Positions 31,973-34,198 of a stretch of 34,198 bases of DNA are shown piece after piece (position 1 is the stretch's first letter; each line of letters starts with the position of its first letter). This stretch comes from an uncultured Thermotogaceae bacterium (GTDB lineage Bacteria > Thermotogota > Thermotogae > MWEM01): the NCBI GenBank assembly GCA_964449405.1, contig CAYUYU010000002.1:1-34198 (forward strand). Direction: 5' to 3'. Below the pieces are notes generated by a model. It was not told where the DNA came from and searched no databases. It saw only the letters and a list, made by a program, of their open reading frames with translations. A program made the translations under genes and the position numbers.

Positions 31973-32875
31973 GTGGAGTTGATAACGTTGTCATCGGATA
32001 AAAGAGAATTGAGAAACAGATGGAAGTATGGGGTCATATTTGGTACGGCTTCTGTTTTATTACTGTACCATTACTGGACGATTGTAATCTTAGGCTTTCT
32101 CGCCTGCCTGGCATCCGGTTCAGAATACGTTAAATTATTATTTAGCGCTTATAAAAGAACGACAGATAACCCCAAGGTGAACCATGGTGAAATCGGTGTT
32201 TTAACGGCTCTCATTCCTGGAACATTCCTGTTATCGGGAGTTTGTATTTATTTTGAACAACTTGATTTTTTAATGATTGTTTATGCTTTAATCATCCCCG
32301 TTTTGGGGGGGATTGGGGTTTTTGCCTATCAGGATCATCGGAAAATCAACGAAATCATGAACAATGTGATCATTGGTATATTTTATATAGCGTTACCGTT
32401 AACCTGTATCCTGTACATATACAAAAACTTCGGTTGGATTTACTCTCTCTACGCCATTACATCTCCCTGGTTGTTTGATTCATTCGCCTTTTTTGTTGGA
32501 ATCAAATACGGTAAACACAAATTGATGCCAAAAATCAGCCCGAAAAAATCAGTGGAAGGACTTCTGGGTGGGATGTTTTTTACCTTTTTGGGCTTGATTG
32601 TTATCACAGTGTTCATTCAATGGATCTATCCCGTCATCAGTTTTTTCGGAAATGGAAGGGGAATTGATCTGTCTGTTTTGGAATTGTTGATCTTAACTCT
32701 TTTTATTACATGGGGTGCTACCTTGGGTGATTTATATGAATCGTCCATTAAACGGTATCATGAAACTAAGGATTCAGGTGTTATTATGCCCGGACATGGG
32801 GGGTTACTGGACAGAATCGATTCGCTGGTATTTGTGGGTCCCTTAACGTTATTACTTTTGTTGTTGATTAAATAA
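31973..32875 (+). CDS. cdsA: phosphatidate cytidylyltransferase
   Basis: A multi-TM protein with the CDS signature SSIKRYHETKDSGVIMPGHGGLLDRIDSLVF. The start is ambiguous: GTG 31973 (ORF track) or TTG 31988 (9 nt after the GGAG at 31975-31978). Confidence 0.9.
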   Translation: MELITLSSDKRELRNRWKYGVIFGTASVLLLYHYWTIVILGFLACLASGSEYVKLLFSAYKRTTDNPKVNHGEIGVLTALIPGTFLLSGVCIYFEQLDFLMIVYALIIPVLGGIGVFAYQDHRKINEIMNNVIIGIFYIALPLTCILYIYKNFGWIYSLYAITSPWLFDSFAFFVGIKYGKHKLMPKISPKKSVEGLLGGMFFTFLGLIVITVFIQWIYPVISFFGNGRGIDLSVLELLILTLFITWGATLGDLYESSIKRYHETKDSGVIMPGHGGLLDRIDSLVFVGPLTLLLLLLIK

Positions 32876-32899
32876 ATTGAAATTGGAGGTAAGCAAACC

Positions 32900-34198
32900 T
32901 TGAAATATATGACAGCCGCGGAAATTAGAGAACAATTTTTAACCTATTACGAAGGTAAAAATCATTTCAGAATGCCAAGTTCATCGTTAATACCCAACGA
33001 CCCTCAATTGTTATTTACAATAGCAGGAATGGTACAGTTTAAGCCCATTTTCTGGGGAAAGGTGAAACCGGTGCATAAAAGGGTGACTACTTGTCAGAAA
33101 TGCGTGCGTACAAACGATATTGATGAAGTGGGTAAAACCAAACGTCATCACACGTTTTTTGAGATGTTGGGAAACTTCTCCTTTGGGGATTATTTTAAAG
33201 AAGAAGCCATCAAATGGGCCTGGGAATTTTCTACAGTTGAAATGGAAATGCCTGAAGAAAAACTTTGGGTGAGTGTTTACGAAGAAGACGATGAGGCCTA
33301 CGCGATCTGGCGGGATGTCATAGGCTTTCCTGAAGAAAAAATAATCAGACTGGGGAAAAAAGACAATTATTGGGGCCCCGCTGGACCGACGGGACCGTGT
33401 GGCCCCTGTTCGGAGATATTTTTTGATATGGGTGAAAATCCGGACTGTCCTGATACTGATCACTGTACACCCGCTTGTGATTGCGGTAGATTCCTGGAAT
33501 TCTACAATCTGGTTTTCACAGAATTCAATTATAATGAAGATGGCAGTTATACGCCTCTCTCAAGGAAAAACATTGATACAGGGCTTGGTTTGGAAAGGCT
33601 TTCCTCCATCATTCAGGGCGTTGATTCGAATTTTGAAACCGATCTGTTTAAGCCCATCATAGAGATGGCTCAAAGTGTGACGGGAATGAACTATAACAGA
33701 AACAAAGAGGAGATGACAGCACTCAGGGTGATATCAGATCACGTGCGTTCTGCAGTGTTTATGATTTCCGATGGTGTTATTCCTTCAAACGAAGGCAGAG
33801 GATATGTTTTAAAAAGAATCATCCGTCGTGCTCTGACTTTCGGTTGGATTCACGGAATGAACACTCCTTTTATTTTCAAGCTGGTAGAACCCGTTGTAAA
33901 GATCATGGGTATTCAATATCCGGAACTCGGTGAGAAAAACGAAATCATCACACAAATCATTCTTGAAGAAGAGAAGAAATTTGTCAGAACGATGGAACAA
34001 GGGCTGGAAATGATCGACAGACTTCTAAAAAAATCTAAACGAGAGAAAGGCAAAAAGGCTTCTCTCAGTGCTGCTGATGCTTTTAAATTATACGATACCT
34101 ATGGATTTCCCGTTGAAGTTACTCGGGAGATTGCAGAGGAAAAGGGAGTTAGCGTTGACTTAGATGGGTACAGGGAGTTGATGAACCGTCAGCGTAAA
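32900..34198 (+). CDS. alaS: alanine--tRNA ligase, 5' portion (433 codons, continues beyond the window)
   Basis: TTG at 32900 (9 nt after GGAGGT) opens a frame that stays open to 34198. It reads MKYMTAAEIREQFLTYYEGKNHFRMPSSSLIPNDPQLLFTIAGMVQFKP...HHTFFEMLGNFSFGDYFK...GPCGPCSEIFFD...YNLVFTEFN...IDTGLGLERL, the AlaRS class II catalytic domain. It is not in the ORF track because no stop lies in the window. Confidence 0.95.
   Translation, partial: MKYMTAAEIREQFLTYYEGKNHFRMPSSSLIPNDPQLLFTIAGMVQFKPIFWGKVKPVHKRVTTCQKCVRTNDIDEVGKTKRHHTFFEMLGNFSFGDYFKEEAIKWAWEFSTVEMEMPEEKLWVSVYEEDDEAYAIWRDVIGFPEEKIIRLGKKDNYWGPAGPTGPCGPCSEIFFDMGENPDCPDTDHCTPACDCGRFLEFYNLVFTEFNYNEDGSYTPLSRKNIDTGLGLERLSSIIQGVDSNFETDLFKPIIEMAQSVTGMNYNRNKEEMTALRVISDHVRSAVFMISDGVIPSNEGRGYVLKRIIRRALTFGWIHGMNTPFIFKLVEPVVKIMGIQYPELGEKNEIITQIILEEEKKFVRTMEQGLEMIDRLLKKSKREKGKKASLSAADAFKLYDTYGFPVEVTREIAEEKGVSVDLDGYRELMNRQRK

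Noticed and set aside
33011-34000. ORFs 33011-33463 (-), 33399-33662 (+) and 33809-34000 (-)
   Set aside because: All fall inside the open alaS reading frame (32900-34198), whose translation carries unmistakable AlaRS motifs. These are shadow or off-frame ORFs.
1-34198. Search for CRISPR arrays, tRNA/rRNA genes, transposases, integrases and long inverted or direct DNA repeats
   Set aside because: None were recognised. Non-coding DNA is limited to a few gaps of at most ~230 bp, all accounted for by promoters and leaders. The only DNA-level repeats seen are the 10-bp junction duplication, the 7-nt promoter repeats and the diverged fliD modules.

Overview
This is 34.2 kb of a low-GC, very tightly packed bacterial chromosome. 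Gene overlaps of 1-29 nt are common. Shine-Dalgarno motifs (GGAGG, GGTGA, AAGGATGA) sit inside the 3' ends of upstream genes. Several promoters have the extended -10 form TGnTATAAT. Two co-directional gene blocks diverge at 22794-23023.

Minus-strand block (22793 down to 1217):
- a metallophosphoesterase, polA and glutamate formimidoyltransferase
- a 1396-aa kinase-like / P-loop STAND NTPase / TPR / GAF / GGDEF protein
- a candidate beta-barrel outer-membrane protein and a DUF4911-like gene
- a tandem-duplicated YqeG-type HAD phosphatase and the GTPase YqeH
- a textbook sigma28 promoter driving flaG, fliD (972 aa, five internal modules), tlyA and a LonC-like protease
- an exported 243-aa protein, fliW, csrA, gatC and yraN

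Plus-strand block (23024 to the window end):
- a DUF4258-like small ORF translationally coupled to a 951-aa exported lipase/esterase-like protein
- a type-2 galT broken by a single in-frame TAA
- a 948-aa multi-TM hybrid histidine kinase
- frr, uppS, cdsA and the first 433 codons of alaS, which runs off the window and is missing from the ORF track

The left edge holds an HTH + DUF4180 gene pair behind a perfect TTGACA-17-TATAAT promoter, and the start of a divergent membrane-protein gene.

I recognised no rRNA, tRNA, CRISPR array, transposase or integrase. The content is mostly core housekeeping and motility, and I see no clear-cut novel defence or mobile system. The most unusual items are the STAND-GGDEF/OMP/DUF4911 operon, the DUF4258-lipase pair, the interrupted galT, the expanded FliD and the HTH-DUF4180 pair.

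The gene content is compatible with a Thermotogota-like or other low-GC diderm lineage, but taxonomy cannot be assigned from this sequence alone. All family assignments come from motif recognition by eye, not from database searches.
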